Source: Octopus vulgaris (taxonomy: Eukaryota). Taken from it: a stretch of DNA of 64,000 bases. Of this stretch, positions 1-13,084 are shown piece after piece. The notes below the pieces were generated by a model that saw nothing but the letters and a program-made list of their open reading frames with translations, made no database searches and was not told the DNA's origin. A program made the position numbers and the translations under genes. Numbering within the stretch: position 1 is the stretch's first letter; the number at the start of each line of letters is the position of its first letter. The stretch spans positions 28,210,001-28,274,000 of the forward strand of contig OX597836.1 in assembly GCA_951406725.2 (NCBI GenBank), given 5' to 3'.

Positions 1-360
1 GTATGTATAGGCATACACATATGCACAGATATATGTTCATATATATATATATATATATACACACACACTCATATCTATACACAAACATATACGTGCATAT
101 GTATATATGTTTATGTATAAATAAATGTATGTTTATATATTATATCTGTGTGTATTAAGAGAGAAGTAGAAAGAGATATGTCCAACCCATGCCTTTGTGT
201 AACATGGACATTAAATCATGTTATTTACACATGTAAGTTGATCTAAGAACAAATTTGGTCTCTCTTGCATATTCTAGAACTTCATTAAAAAATATAACCT
301 AAATTGTAATTATTCTAAAATTATTCTTCCCTTATCTTTTTTTAATAAAAGAATTGTCCT

Positions 361-1158
361 TTAACCTTTTCATCACGAACCCGACAGAAACTGGCTCTGG
401 CTCTGAGTACAAATGTCTTGTTTTCATAAGTTTTGAATTAAAATCTTCCACCAAACCTTAGTCACAATTTATGTTCCTAACACTAGCTTAAGGATAACTA
501 AATTATTTTACTAAATTCTTTATATTCAAAATTAATAGAAAGAAACACAGAACATCTCTACAGAAATATGGTAACAAAAGGGTTAAAAGCACTCATGTTG
601 GTGCCATATTAATCCTTTCAATACCAGCCCAGCTGAAACCACCTCTGGCTATGTAGTGCAAATGTTTTGTTTTCAAAAGTTCTGAATTAAAATCTTCCAC
701 CAAACCTTAGTCACAATTTATGTTCCTAACACTAGCTGAATGATAACTAAGTTCTTTTACTAAATTCTTTCTTATATTTAAAATAATTGAAAGAAACACA
801 GCGCATCTCAACAGAAATATGGTAACAAAAGGGTTAAAGATATTCAGTCAAATGTGTTTTCAATTTCTACAAGAGTTGACTGCTATTTCTAACAAGTCCA
901 AACAACTGTGTGAAACAAAATCTGCAAATTAACCCTTTTGATACCAACCCACCTGAAACCACCTCTGGCTCTGAGTACAAATGTTTTGTTTTCCAAAGTT
1001 CTGAATTAAAATCTTCCACCAAACCTTATTCACAATTTATGTTCCTAACACTAGCTGAATGATAACTAAGTTCTTTTACTAGATACTTTGTTATATTTAA
1101 AATAATTGAAAGAAACACAGAGCATCTCAAAATAAATACACTAACGAAAGGGTAAAAT
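361..1158 (+). mobile_element. Cluster of three ~225-bp piggyBac-type MITEs (TTAA-CCC...GGG-TTAA)
   Basis: Copies at ~361-586, ~609-837 and ~928-1158 share ttaaccctt...aagggttaa ends. The same or similar families occur at 29508-29733, 37575-37762, 51115-51351 and 61540-62200. Confidence 0.8.
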
Positions 1159-1800
1159 AATAAACAGACCAGTTTATAGAAGCTAAGTAATCTATAACGT
1201 TATTGCTGTTAATTAACAAAGAAACTAATAAGTATTTTGTAATCAATATATGTTCATGCGATATTTGTAAGCAACTATAGAAGGCTGCAAAGACTAATAG
1301 TGGGGTGGGGGTGGGAGTGCTGATAAAATGATGCATCTAGTTTGTAACCATGGTGATTCAGCTTTTGTCATCGTGATATGTTGTACTGCGACATAAAAAT
1401 CTGAAAATGTACGGACCTGGACCCACCAAGGCAAACGGTGGCCCATGGGGCTTTGTGAATGGCACACCTTTAAAAAAAATTACCTTGAATTTGTTTTGTT
1501 TGTTTTTTTTTTTTCTTTGTTTAGTAGTGACGTTTGGTTGATAATGAGCTAAATCTTATGTGACCTGCTTCTCAAAAAAAAATAGGTTATCTATGTCTGG
1601 TATTGACCCCTAATTTCAGGTGTGTGGAGAAATTGCTGGGAGAGATTTGGTTGTTAGACAGAGCAGGTCATACTTTACATAGCTATCAGGACAATTTTGA
1701 CATTGTGTGTGTGTGTATGTGTGTGTGTGCGCGCGAGTGAGTGGGTGTGTGTGTTTATATATGTGTGTGTGTTTTTAGATAGGAGTGAGCATGTCTATTA

Positions 1801-1834
<34 letters not shown>

Positions 1835-2964
1835 GTGAGTGAACATGTCTATTAATGCTTGTGTATATGTGAATACATGCATTTGTGTATGTGTGTTGAT
1901 GGGTTTTAAGTGTGTCATAGTCACAATGAATAAGTACTTTAGTACGCGTGTGTGTATATATATGCACATGTGTGTGTGTGTGCGTGTATGTATGTATATA
2001 TGCAAGTTTGCTTGCATGTGTAAAGTATGTGTGTGTGCATATTTGTGCATGTGGATATATGTATGCATGCATGTATATTTATACACTTCCATATATATAT
2101 ATATATATATATATATGTACGTGTGTGTGTGTGTGTGTATGACTACGTAGGTATGTATATGTGTATGCTTGCATGTGTGTATGTGTACATGTGTAGTATA
2201 CCTGACAATTACAGATTAAGAAAAAGCAACCACTGAGCTGTAATAACAGTTTTGTGTGTGAGTGTGTGTGTCATAGGTCAGACAATGAATTAAGCCACCC
2301 TCCATTCACACAGGTAAAGCTTCTTAAGTCGTTAACTCAATTGGATTCAATTGTTTCACTTTACTAAAGTAATTGATGTCATTTATTTAGATTCAATTAT
2401 ACAGTTATAGTCACCGATTACACACACCAGTCACAATCTACATACACAGGTGCACATACACATCCATCCTTATGCGTACACGTGCACACACACACACACA
2501 CATATAAGAGTGGCTGTGTGGTAAGTAGCTTGCTTACCAACCACATGGTTCCAGGTTCTCGTCTCACTGCGTGGCACCTTGGGCAAGTATCTTCTGCTAT
2601 AGCCTCGGGCTGACCAAAGCCTTGTGAGTGGATTTGATAGATGGAAACTGAAAGAAGCCTGTCGTGTGTGTTTGTGTATATATGTGTGTGTGTGTTTGTG
2701 TATCTGTGTTTGTTCCCCACCACCATTGCTTGACAAGCGACATTAGCGTGTTTACATTCCTGTCACATAGTGGTTCAGCAAAAGAGACCAATAGAATAAG
2801 TACTAGGCTTACAAAGAAAAGGTCCTGGTGTCAATTTGTTCGACTAAAGGCAGTGCTCCAGCATGGCTACAGTCAAATGACTGAAACAAATAAATGAATA
2901 AAAGAACATATACACATACGAGTGAATGATCAAATGAAAGAAAAAGGCACTCAATACATGTGTT

Positions 2965-3189
2965 TATTTAAAGCAGTTTGATTTGGTTTCAGGCTATATC
3001 AAGTTTTGCAGTCCTCCAATGAGAGCCCAACTCCTTCAAGCTTCTGGAATGCCAAATGGAGAGATCCATGAAGCCACTTTGGACTTCTGGGATGTCTCCC
3101 ATTTGGTATTCCAAAAACCTGAAGGAGTTGGGCTCCCATAAGGGGTCTGTGAAACTTGAAGTAGCACAGAACTGAATCAAACTGTTTTA

Positions 3190-3193
<4 letters not shown>
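2965..3193. repeat. Imperfect ~230-bp palindrome next to (TA)n
   Basis: tatttaaagcagtttgatt / aatcaaactgttttaaata and gagcccaactccttca / tgaaggagttgggctc. Confidence 0.85.
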
Positions 3194-3285
<92 letters not shown>

Positions 3286-3602
3286 GTATGTAGAGATAGA
3301 TATATAGAAAGCTATATATATATACATATCTGGTTGTCCATTTTTATAATGTTCTTCCTAGAGGTAAGACAACTACACAGATCAGATGATATGTTTATGG
3401 TGATCAAATGTTTGTTTTCACATAAGCTCACCCCTTCCATCAAATCGATGTTACTGGTACAGGTGCACTATGTGTCAGATGACAAAATGACTGCAGAGCA
3501 ACATGAAACTAAGTGCTTTGCTCAAGAACACTATGCAATTCCCAGTCTGAGAACTGAAACCATGACCTCACAATCTTGAGTGCAACACATTAACCACTAA
3601 GC

Positions 3603-3651
<49 letters not shown>

Positions 3652-4468
3652 ACATACACACACTCTTCCCTCATATGCAAACATCTTTTTTACTCTAGGC
3701 ACAAGGCCTGAAATTTTGGAGGTTGGGGTCAGTCGGTTAGTTCGACCTCTGTTGAAAGGATGAAAGGCAAAGTTGACCTCAGTGGAATTTGAACTCAGAA
3801 CATAAAGACAGATGAAAAAAACCACTAAGCATTTTGCCCGACATGCCAATGATTCTGCCAGCTCACTGCCTGACATACAAACATATAACAGGTAAAAGAA
3901 ATGAGAACCAGAGAGAATCCAGTCCAAAGCTACTGAGTATAATTATCAAATAGTTGGATTATCCTCCATTCTTTAACAATTAATGATTTCTCCATAATCC
4001 ATTCTTATGATAATACCTTCATGAGATTTGATCTCAGAACATAAAAGCACATTGCCTGATTAACTTATTTGCACCTTCCTAAAAATATAAGATTTAAAGA
4101 AAGCAAGCCTTGTACCACTTTATATGAAACGAGATGAGTTGGTGAGTCATTTGTGTTGACAGGTCATTTAAGAGATTAACTAATTAAGAGACACACATTT
4201 GCAAGAAAAACAAATAATTATTAATCTCCAATATTTGATCCTCAGAAAAGGAAAGGTTACCCTCTTTTACTCTTTTACTTGTTTCAGTCATTTGACTGTG
4301 GTCATGCTGGAGCACCGCCTTTAGTCGAGCAAATCTACCCCAGGACTTATTCTTTGTAAGCCTAGTACTTATTCTATCGGTCTCTTTTGCCGAACCGCTA
4401 AGTTACAGGGACGTAAACACACGAGCATCAGTTGTCAAGCGATGTTAGGGAAGACAAACATATACATG

Positions 4469-4504
<36 letters not shown>

Positions 4505-4740
4505 CACATATATATGACAGGCTTCTTTCAGTTTCCGTCTACCAAATCTACTCACAAGTCTTTGGTCGGCCGGAGGCTATAGTAGAAGACACTTGCCCAA
4601 GGTGCCATGCAGTGGGACTGAACCCAGAACCATGTGGTTGGTAAGCAAACTACTTACCACACAACCACTCCTAAACCTAAAACAAAACAAAAAAAAGCCA
4701 AACTTGCAAGCTTCAGTTTGGTTTTTGTGCATATCCTTAC

Positions 4741-4925
4741 CTGTGGCCATGAATAGTTGATTAATGACTGAAAGAGAATGATCATGAATACAAGCAGCCG
4801 AAATGGGGATCCTTTGAAGGACATCTGGTGTAATGTTACTTGACTGGGTGCATAGCTTGGACATCAGGGTGTCTCTCCAGATTGAGCTATTACTTCTCTG
4901 CATTGGGATGCCACTGTTCCGGTAC
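4741..4925 (-). CDS. Possible exon of an unidentified minus-strand gene
   Basis: On the minus strand: ctaat...ccgtAG acceptor, one open frame YRNSGIPMQRSNSSIWRDTLMSKLCTQSSNITPDVLQRIPISAACIHDHSLSVINQLFMAT, and a consensus donor CAG|GTAAG. Non-repetitive composition. No homolog recognised. Confidence 0.3.
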
Positions 4926-6204
4926 TACGGACATGGGATTAGAATGTCTTGGTGTCTTAGGGAGATTTCAAACCTGGGTTCTCATTCCTAAGGTATTTTT
5001 CGATGTTGTTGTAGTTGTAGTTGTTGTTATTATTATTATTATTAATAATAAATATATATAAATATGGTGGTGGTGGTGGTGGTGGCACAGCTGATACTGG
5101 TGGTGGGGGGGGCTGATGATGGTAGTGGTGGTGGAGGTGGCAGCAGTGGAAAGGGTAGTGTTAGGGTGGGAAGTGTCACCAAAAGGTAAACCACGTGGAA
5201 AAACTGTTTATTGATGTTTCACATTTTTCTTCTTGTTCGATGTTTCCTTTTATTCTCAACTCCACACACCTTACACACACTTCGCACACACATTCACACA
5301 CGCTTCACACCTTTGTTTCTTTGAAATGTTGTTAAAGGCTTTCAATTAGAAAAAAATGCTTGGGTTATATAACTTGGTGAACAGGGAAGAAAGGTGTCTT
5401 AGCATAGTTGGTGTGCATGTTGTTGTTGCTGTGTATGCATGAGTATGTTTATATACATGAGCCTGTGTACATGTGTGTGTGTGAGAGAGAGAGCGAAAAC
5501 TATTAAATGGGAGCAGTTTGACTCAATATGTCTGATTAACTGATCATGTTTCTTCATGGCCATGGAACTTTAAGTAACACGAGGAAACGGGTTAATGAAA
5601 ATCTATCATCATCATCATCATTTAACGTCTGTTTTCCATGCTGGCATGGGTTGGACGGTTTGACTGAGGACTAGCAAGCCAGGAGGCTGCACCAGGCTCC
5701 AATCTTGATCTGGCAAGGTTTTGTAGAGCTGGATGCCCTTCTTGACACCAACCACTCTGAGAGTGTAGTGGGTGCTTTTTACATGCCACCGGTACAGGAG
5801 CCGATGAGGGAGCACTGGCATCAGCCACATTTGGATGGTGCTTTTTATGTACCATCAGCACAGGGCCAGTCAGACAGCCCTGGCATTGTCCACATTCGGA
5901 TGGTGCTTTTTACGTGGCACTGGCACAGGAGCCAGTCAGGTGGCCCTGGCATCAATCACATTCAGATAGTGCTTTTCATGTGCCACCGGCACAGGAGCCA
6001 GTCAGGAGGTACTGGCATCTAACCCATTTTGTCGTCATACTAATGAGTAGTGTCCACACAGATAAAACAGTCTAATGAGAGGTGTCTATTTACTTTTGAA
6101 ATGTGTGTATGCATGCATATTGATGCATACAAGAACGTAAGAGAAGTCCGGTTAGAAAGGTGGGGGTGGTTAAGAAAGAAGGAAATTATATAAAGAGTAT
6201 TATA

Positions 6205-6590
6205 GGTGCAGGAGTGGCTGTGTGGTAAGCAGCTTGTTTACCAACCACATATTTCCGGGTTCAGTCCCACTGCGTGGCACCTTGGGCATGTGCCTTCTAC
6301 TATAGCCTCGGGCCGACCAAAGTCTTGTGAGTGAATTTGGTAGACGGAAACTGATAGAAGCCCGTCATATATATGTATATTTATATATGCGTGTGTGTGT
6401 TTGTCCCCCTAGCATTGCTTGACAACCGATGCTGGTGTGTTTATGTCTCCGTTACTTAGCGGTTCAGCAAAAGAGACCGATAGAATAAGTACTGGGCTTA
6501 CAAAGAATAAGTCCCGGGGTCGAGTTACTCGATTAAAGGCAGTGCTCCAGCATGGCAGCAGTCAGATGACTGAAACAAGTAAAAGAGTAA
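6205..6590 (+). mobile_element. tRNA-derived SINE family A (representative copy)
   Basis: Head gg(c/t)gcaggagtggctgtgtggtaag...gggttcagtccc, central TA/TG microsatellite and tail gactgaaacaagtaaaagag. Other copies at ~2508-2905, 4262-4670, 6605-6982, 11732-12141, 17085-17412, 18283-18680, 27858-28490, 28660-29070, 33488-33878, 34780-35190, 41003-41490, 43625-44010, 56300-56640 and 60877-61240. Probably one of the SINE families described from Octopus; not assigned to a name. Confidence 0.9.
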
Positions 6591-7378
6591 GTAATTTTGA
6601 TAGTTGGATGTGTGGTAAGAAGCTTGCTTCCCAACCACATGGTTCCGGGTTCAGCCCCACTGTGAAATACCTTCAACAAGTGTCTTCTACTATAGCCTTG
6701 TGTCTATCAAAGCCTTGTGAGTGGATTTGGTAAATGGAAACTGAAAGAAGCCCATCATGTGTGTGTGTGTGTCGGTGTTTGTCCAACCCCTACTGCTTCA
6801 CGTGAGGTGTTGGTGTATTTGCTTTGCTGTAACTTAGCAGTTCAGCAAAAGTAACCAAGAAAATAAGTGCCAGGATTTTTTTTTTTAAATGTGTCCGGGG
6901 GTTGATTCATTCGACTAAAATTCTTTTAGATGGTGTTCCAGCATGGCTGCAGCCTAATGTCTGCAACAAGTAAAAGATAAAACATATATATATACAATTT
7001 ATGCATGTATATGTTCATATATATATATATATATAAAGGGTAAAGACCCCCTTCGGTCATGAGTGACCATGGGTTTGCACCTAGAGAGTTACCCTCTGAG
7101 GCACAAGTCTGGGCAAGGTTGTTTTATGGAAGACCAGTAGTCGCCCATGCATACCGGCCTCCCTCTCCACGCCACCAGTGTTATCCAAGGGAAAGACAAA
7201 GGTCGATACAGCTTGGCACCTGTGACGTCGCAACTCATTTCTACAGCTGAGTGAACTGGAGCAACGTGAAATAAAGTGTCTTGCTCAAGAACACAACATG
7301 CAGCCCGGTCCGGGATTCGAGCTCACAACCTCACGATCGTAAGCTCGACGCTCTAACCACTGAGCCATGCGCCTTATT

Positions 7379-7415
<37 letters not shown>

Positions 7416-7771
7416 ACTAAAAAACAAACATGGAGGAAAGGGACGGAACGAAGTGAAAATTCGAAAAATCGAAAAATTCGAACAAACCCGACGCGAAGCG
7501 CTGTCAGACAATAGTGTAATAAATAAAATATATGCATACATACAAACATATATGTACGTACCGACATCTACATGTATATATACATGCATATATAAATATA
7601 TATACGTACAGGACACCACAAAAAGACGTAAAAATCAACAGAAACGAAAACGGAAAAGCCATTTTGTTACAACAGAAGGACAGAGACGTGGAAGAGGACG
7701 AAAACGAAAACGGGAAAAACATTATGTACAGCAGAAAAACGAGGTACAGGACATGCTACACAAGGAAAAAT

Positions 7772-7815
7772 CCCCTTCATCAGCTGTCACTAGCAGACAT
7801 AGTGTGTTTCGAAGG
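7772..7815 (-). ncRNA. Permuted (type II order) hammerhead-like motif
   Basis: Minus strand: CCUUC-GAAAC-ACACUAU-GUC-UGCUAGUGACAG-CUGAUGA-AGGGG. Both core halves and a stem II match are present; the stem I register is imperfect. Confidence 0.45.
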
Positions 7816-7964
7816 CAATATATATATAGGTTATGAGAGGTAATGGTGTCATTGAGACCCAAAGGTTCAGGTAATGCTGAATAAGTGCTATAGATGGACT
7901 GCAGTTAAGTTCCAGATTTGATTATGCGAATAAGAGGTTCAACATTGGTCATATGTCAGCATGT

Positions 7965-8178
7965 GTATATAAAAATTTTATCTTGTAATGAGATAAAAAA
8001 CCAAGGCTTTGTAGATTTTAGAACAATAATAGATAGGTCTTACAGCTGTTTCCAGGATATTTATTATATCCCTTCATCGGAGACGGCGTGAGAGGATGTT
8101 CTTAACCATCTATAAATGTTCTAAAATCTACACACCCTTGGTTTTTTATCACATTATGAAATAAAATTTATATATATA
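7965..8178. repeat. Fold-back element with hammerhead in loop
   Basis: gataaaaaaccaagg..tgtagattttagaaca pairs with tgttctaaaatctaca..ccttggttttttatc. Confidence 0.85.
8037..8084 (-). ncRNA. Minimal type I hammerhead ribozyme motif in the loop of a fold-back element
   Basis: Minus strand: GUCU-CCGAUGA-A-GGGAUAU(aauaa)AUAUCCU-G-GAAAC-AGCU-GUA^AGAC. Stems I and II pair and stem III is palindromic (ACAGCUGU). The core has CCGA instead of CUGA. Confidence 0.75.
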
Positions 8179-9167
8179 CAAATACAAAAATGGAACAATA
8201 AACGCAATAGAGGACAGATAGACAATACAAAGGCGGACAAGAAAAAACAACAATTAGAAGGACAGGCAAAAAATAGACGTGTCATTCGGGGCTTTTTTTC
8301 CTCAGTCAAGTTCCAGAAGTCACAACCATTTTGGGCAGTTACACTTGAGATGGTTCGATCTGGTTGCTCCAAAAAAAGTCTAAGCTAAGAGCATTAGAGC
8401 CCTTTGTAAGAAAGTTAGTGAATGTGTACGACAGCAAAGACAAAAAAACGGAGAACATGGTACACAATTACGAATACAAACAACAGGTGTCTTTCGACTG
8501 AGAACAGGTGTCTTTCGACTGAGAACGAATCAAATTGAGCTGGCGGGTATTAAGTGAAAGCCTAACACACGCACATTAGGAAGGGCATCTAGCTGTAGAA
8601 ACTGTGCCAGATCAGATTGGAGCCTGGTGCAGCCTTCTGGCTTGCCAGTCCTCAGTTAAACCGTCCAACCCATGCCAGCATGGAAAGCAGATGTTAAACG
8701 ATGATGATGTATGTATGATTCAGTAAAATCACTGTCTTCCACTCTTACAGGCTTGTTCTTTCAGGTGCCAGTGCCACTTAAAGAGCAACTGTGCCAGTGC
8801 TGTGTTAATGCATGCATGCCACTGCTGTGTTAATGCATGCGTGCCACTGCCGTGTTAATGCACACTCATGCTGGTGATGCATTAATGCACCCTTGTCAGT
8901 GGCATGTGGAAAGTACCCAGCACACTCTGCTAAGTGGATGGCATTAGGAAAAATATCCAGCAGTTGAAATCATGCTACAACAGACAGTTGAAGTCTGGAC
9001 AACTCCCTGCTAGCCACCTCGATGTCAAACTGTCCAACCCATGCCAGCATGGAAAGCAAATGTCAAACAACAACGATGATAATGATGATTCTGTGTGTGT
9101 GTATGTATGTATGTGTGTGTGAATGAATTTACTAAGAGGAAACGAACTCAGTGTATGTATGTATGTA

Positions 9168-9217
<50 letters not shown>

Positions 9218-9569
9218 GCAGTTTATATATTTATTCATAGTTGAGACTTCCTTCAGTTGCTACTCAGAACTTAGCATTTCTGCTTTTCCCCCTGTTAGGT
9301 TGTGAGAGAGAAAGAGAGAGAGAGATAGACACACACACACATGTACACACATGAAAGAAAATAGGAGAAACATTGAAGGAATGGAGATGGGTGCTTTGAT
9401 GTGTGATTCATAAGGAAGGTCAGTGTGTTCAGTAAAATAGATTTAGCCAAGTTCCTTTAACTGTCCATGAGTCTCTCGACTTTGTTTGACCTCCAAAAGA
9501 CCGATGTTATTTCTTTTAAAAAGGTGGCCTTCAGACTGTTGCTTTATCTTATTCATATATAACTATGCT

Positions 9570-9582
9570 ATCTCTCTCTCTC

Positions 9583-9633
<51 letters not shown>

Positions 9634-9742
9634 GTGTGTGTGTGTATATATGTGTGTGTGTGTGTATTTGTGTATACATTTGTGTATGTGTATATGTTTG
9701 TGTATGTATGTATATATATATATTTGTATGTGTGTGTGTATG

Positions 9743-9782
<40 letters not shown>

Positions 9783-9910
9783 TTTGTGTCTGTATGTATA
9801 TGTGTGTGTGTATATATATATTTGTGTCTGTATGTATATATGTGTGTGTATATGTGTGTCTGTATGTATATATGTGTGTCTGTATATATATATTTGTGTC
9901 TATGTGTGTG

Positions 9911-9951
<41 letters not shown>

Positions 9952-10020
9952 ATACATATATATATACATACATATACACTTGTGTGTGTGTGTATATAAG
10001 TATGTCTGTGTGAATGTATA
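9570..10020. repeat. Compound (TA)n/(TG)n microsatellite (representative; similar tracts at 1705-2195, 20650-21340, 38695-39220 and 49060-49310)
   Basis: Direct reading. These tracts generate most of the spurious YI/CV/HT ORFs. Confidence 0.95.
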
Positions 10021-11195
10021 ATATTATGCAACCAAGGTTACAGAGAACCATAGTGGGTAACTTAGGTAATATTATATTATTTTATTGCTGTAGAACTGGC
10101 ACTGCCAAAGAGAGCAGCCATAAAGCGCAATTCATATGGCAGACGATTGCAATATACTCTGCGTCATGCAGGGATAAGGAAGTTACCTGAGGAGGGTCCA
10201 TAAATCATAGAAAACAGCAAACTCCATATAAGGCAACAGGACAGGCAGAGACTTAATTATATAATATACCTGCTGTAATTTCGAGTTTATCAAAGGTGTG
10301 CTTTTTCTTAACTTTCATAACCTTCTTCAGACAACCAAAACACACACACACATAAATATATATGAAACCATGTGGCTTAGTGGTTAGGGGGTTCAGCTCA
10401 CAGTCGTAAGGGAGTAAGTTCGATTCCAGAAGGTGCATTCTGTCCTTGAGCAAGACACTTTATTTTACGTTGCTCCAATCCACTCAACTGGCAATAATAA
10501 ACTGTACCTGTATTTCAAAGGGCCAGATTTGTCACATTCTGTGTCACGCTGAATCTCCTTGAGAACTACATTAAGGGTATGCATATTTGTGGTGTACTCA
10601 ACCACTTGCACTTCAATTTCATGAACAGGCTATTCCATTGATCGGATCAACTGAAACCCTCATCATCATAACTGATAAAGTGCCAGTTATATATATATAT
10701 ATCTGCCTTGACTGGCTTCCGTGCTGGTGGCACATAAAGAGCACCAACCGATTGTGGCCGTTGCCAGCCTACCCTGGCACCTAAAAAGCACCGTCTCTAT
10801 GTGGCCAATGCCAGTGCCACCCTGACTGGCTTCCATGCCGGTGGCACATAAAAAGCCCAACCGATCGTGGCCGTTTCCAGCCTCTCCTGGCACGTAAAAA
10901 GCACCATCCATATGTGGTCGATGCCAGCACCACCTTGACTGGCTTCCGTGCCGGTGGCACATAAATAGCTCCGTCCGTATGTGGCCGATGCCAGTGCCGC
11001 CTTGACACCTGTGCCGGTGGTATGCAAAAAGCACCCACTACACTCATGGAGTGGTTGATGTTAGGAAGGGCATCCAGCTGTAGAAACACTGCCAGATCAG
11101 ACTGGAGCCTGGTGCAGCCTACTGGCTTCCCAGACCCCGGTCGAACTGGCCAACCCATGCTAGCATGGAAAACGGATGTTAAACGATGATGATGA

Positions 11196-11243
<48 letters not shown>

Positions 11244-11286
11244 GCACACACACACACATACACACACACACACACACACACAGACA

Positions 11287-11933
11287 CACAAGCGGGTACC
11301 CAAAAGAAACTAGAATTTTGCAATGTTATTTTATTCATGTTTACACTTTTATCAGCTTCAAAGTATTCTCCATTTGAAGTAACGCATCAACCTAGACACA
11401 TTTTCCACTGTTCAAAGCAAAAGTAATGCCTTTCAATGTCTCTGCTGTTTTTTTTTTTCTTCACCTCTTCCACATCTGCAAATTCCATAGCACCAGCTTC
11501 CATTTCCAGTGATGACCTTCATAAAAAAAGGGTCTGCATTAACTTCCAACTGTTCTTTCAGTTCACAGCACACATTCAGTCATGACTGCTTTTGATATTC
11601 CATGAGCAAAGCAAAGCACAAATTTTGCTGCAACTCTTTTCATTCACAATTCCTTTGCAGGGGCTTTGAGGTACACCAGTCATATCATCAAATTCGTCAG
11701 TTGTTCGGTGATGGTCCTTCAAGATCAATTACTCTCTTTTACTTGTTTCGGTCATTTGACTGCGGCCATGCTGGAGCACCGCCTTTAGTCGAGCAAATCG
11801 ACCCCGGGACTTATTCTTTGTAAGAAAAAACTTATTCTATCGGTCTCTTTTGCTGAACCGGTAAGTGATGGGGACATAAACACACCAGCATCGGTTGTCA
11901 AGCAATGCTAGGGGGACAAACACAGACACACGA

Positions 11934-11968
<35 letters not shown>

Positions 11969-12548
11969 CACATATATACGACAGGCTTCTTTCAGTTTCC
12001 GTCTACCAAATCCACTCACAAGGCATTGGTCGACCCAGGGCTATAGCAGAAGACACTTGCCCAAGATGCCCCGCAGTGGGACTGAACCCGGAACCATGTG
12101 GTTGGTTAGCAAGCTACTTACCACACAGCCACTCCTGCGCCTATTGAATTCTTGAATTTTCATGATGTTTTCATTCGTTCAGGATCATCCTGAACGAGGT
12201 AGGTCTCCAAGCAACAAGTGACCATTCCTAAAGCATGAAAACCACTCGTAAACTTGTGTTTTTCAAATGGCAGTACCCTTGTTATCTGTCTGAAGCATGA
12301 CAACTCTCTCAGCTGCCGTTTTCACCAGCAGAAAACAGAATTTCACTGAAGCACGCTGTTCTTTTATTTCATCCATCACAAAAATTGACAAACAGTGGAG
12401 AAGCACAGTAAAACAAAGATGCACCATGTAGCAGTGTGCACTCCGTCAATGGCACTGGTCAGCAGACTGATGCCTGAGGGGCGCATCAAGTGGCTTCTAG
12501 CAGCAGAAGCCTGAATCACAATGGGTTACTTTTGGGTACCTCCTCGTG
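11287..12548 (-). mobile_element. Internally deleted mariner relic, interrupted by a SINE
   Basis: TIR ggtacccaaaag at 11295 and cttttgggtacc ending at 12540. The minus strand reads MDEIKEQRASVKFCFLLVKTAAE...QVYEWFSCF (from 12376), MKRVAAKFV (~11640) and FEQWK...CVTSNGEYFEAD (~11420-11350). The catalytic core is missing. A SINE is inserted at 11732-12141. Confidence 0.85.
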
Positions 12549-12552
12549 TATT

Positions 12553-12607
<55 letters not shown>

Positions 12608-12688
12608 TTTCAAAATATGACCTCGTGTGTACTGTTGGCGATTTTTTTTTCCTCTGTCTTCCCTTCTCTGGATCTTTCCTTCTCCAAT

Positions 12689-12724
12689 GTTTCCGACAAA
12701 GAGCTCCGCTCGAAACGTCCAATA
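12689..12724 (+). ncRNA. Degenerate minimal hammerhead in a TA-embedded element (12606-12792)
   Basis: CCGACAA-A-GAGC(ucc)GCUC-GAAAC-GUC. Stem II and GAAACGUC are intact; the core and stem I are decayed. Confidence 0.45.
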
Positions 12725-12789
12725 ATACTATATTTGTTCCACGTCTTCGCGTTGTTATGTTTTTTTGTGTTTTCTTGTTTGGATTAACT

Positions 12790-12834
<45 letters not shown>

Positions 12835-12939
12835 TTAAATAATGAGGGTAGAAATTAATGTAATTAAATCAATATCAATTTAAACCAGTGGCCTAGCATA
12901 TTTAAAAAATCCAAAGATTGATAAAATTATATCACATAC

Positions 12940-13084
12940 ATAAGAGGAATGACCACCAGGTGGATTCCTAATATGCTGGAAGACACCAAATCGTCTAACC
13001 ACAAAGAAAATTTTCTTCAAGGTTTGACGATTTAGCGTCTTCTTCTAGCATATTAGGAATCCACCTGGTGGCCATTCCACTTAT
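12940..13084. repeat. ~145-bp hairpin element
   Basis: ccaccaggtggattcctaatatgct / agcatattaggaatccacctggtgg. Confidence 0.85.

Noticed and set aside
1755-2236. Overlapping long ORFs rich in YI/CV/HT (also 9486-10051, 20525-21408, 38687-39370)
   Set aside because: Translations of (TA)n/(TG)n microsatellites, which lack stop codons; not genes.
2989-3180. 63-aa minus-strand ORF with normal composition
   Set aside because: Lies wholly within a palindromic repeat; no convincing splice context.
10180-10335. CTGAGGA (+) and CTGAAGA (-) core-like words
   Set aside because: No pairing stem II or correctly placed GAAA/NUH could be built.
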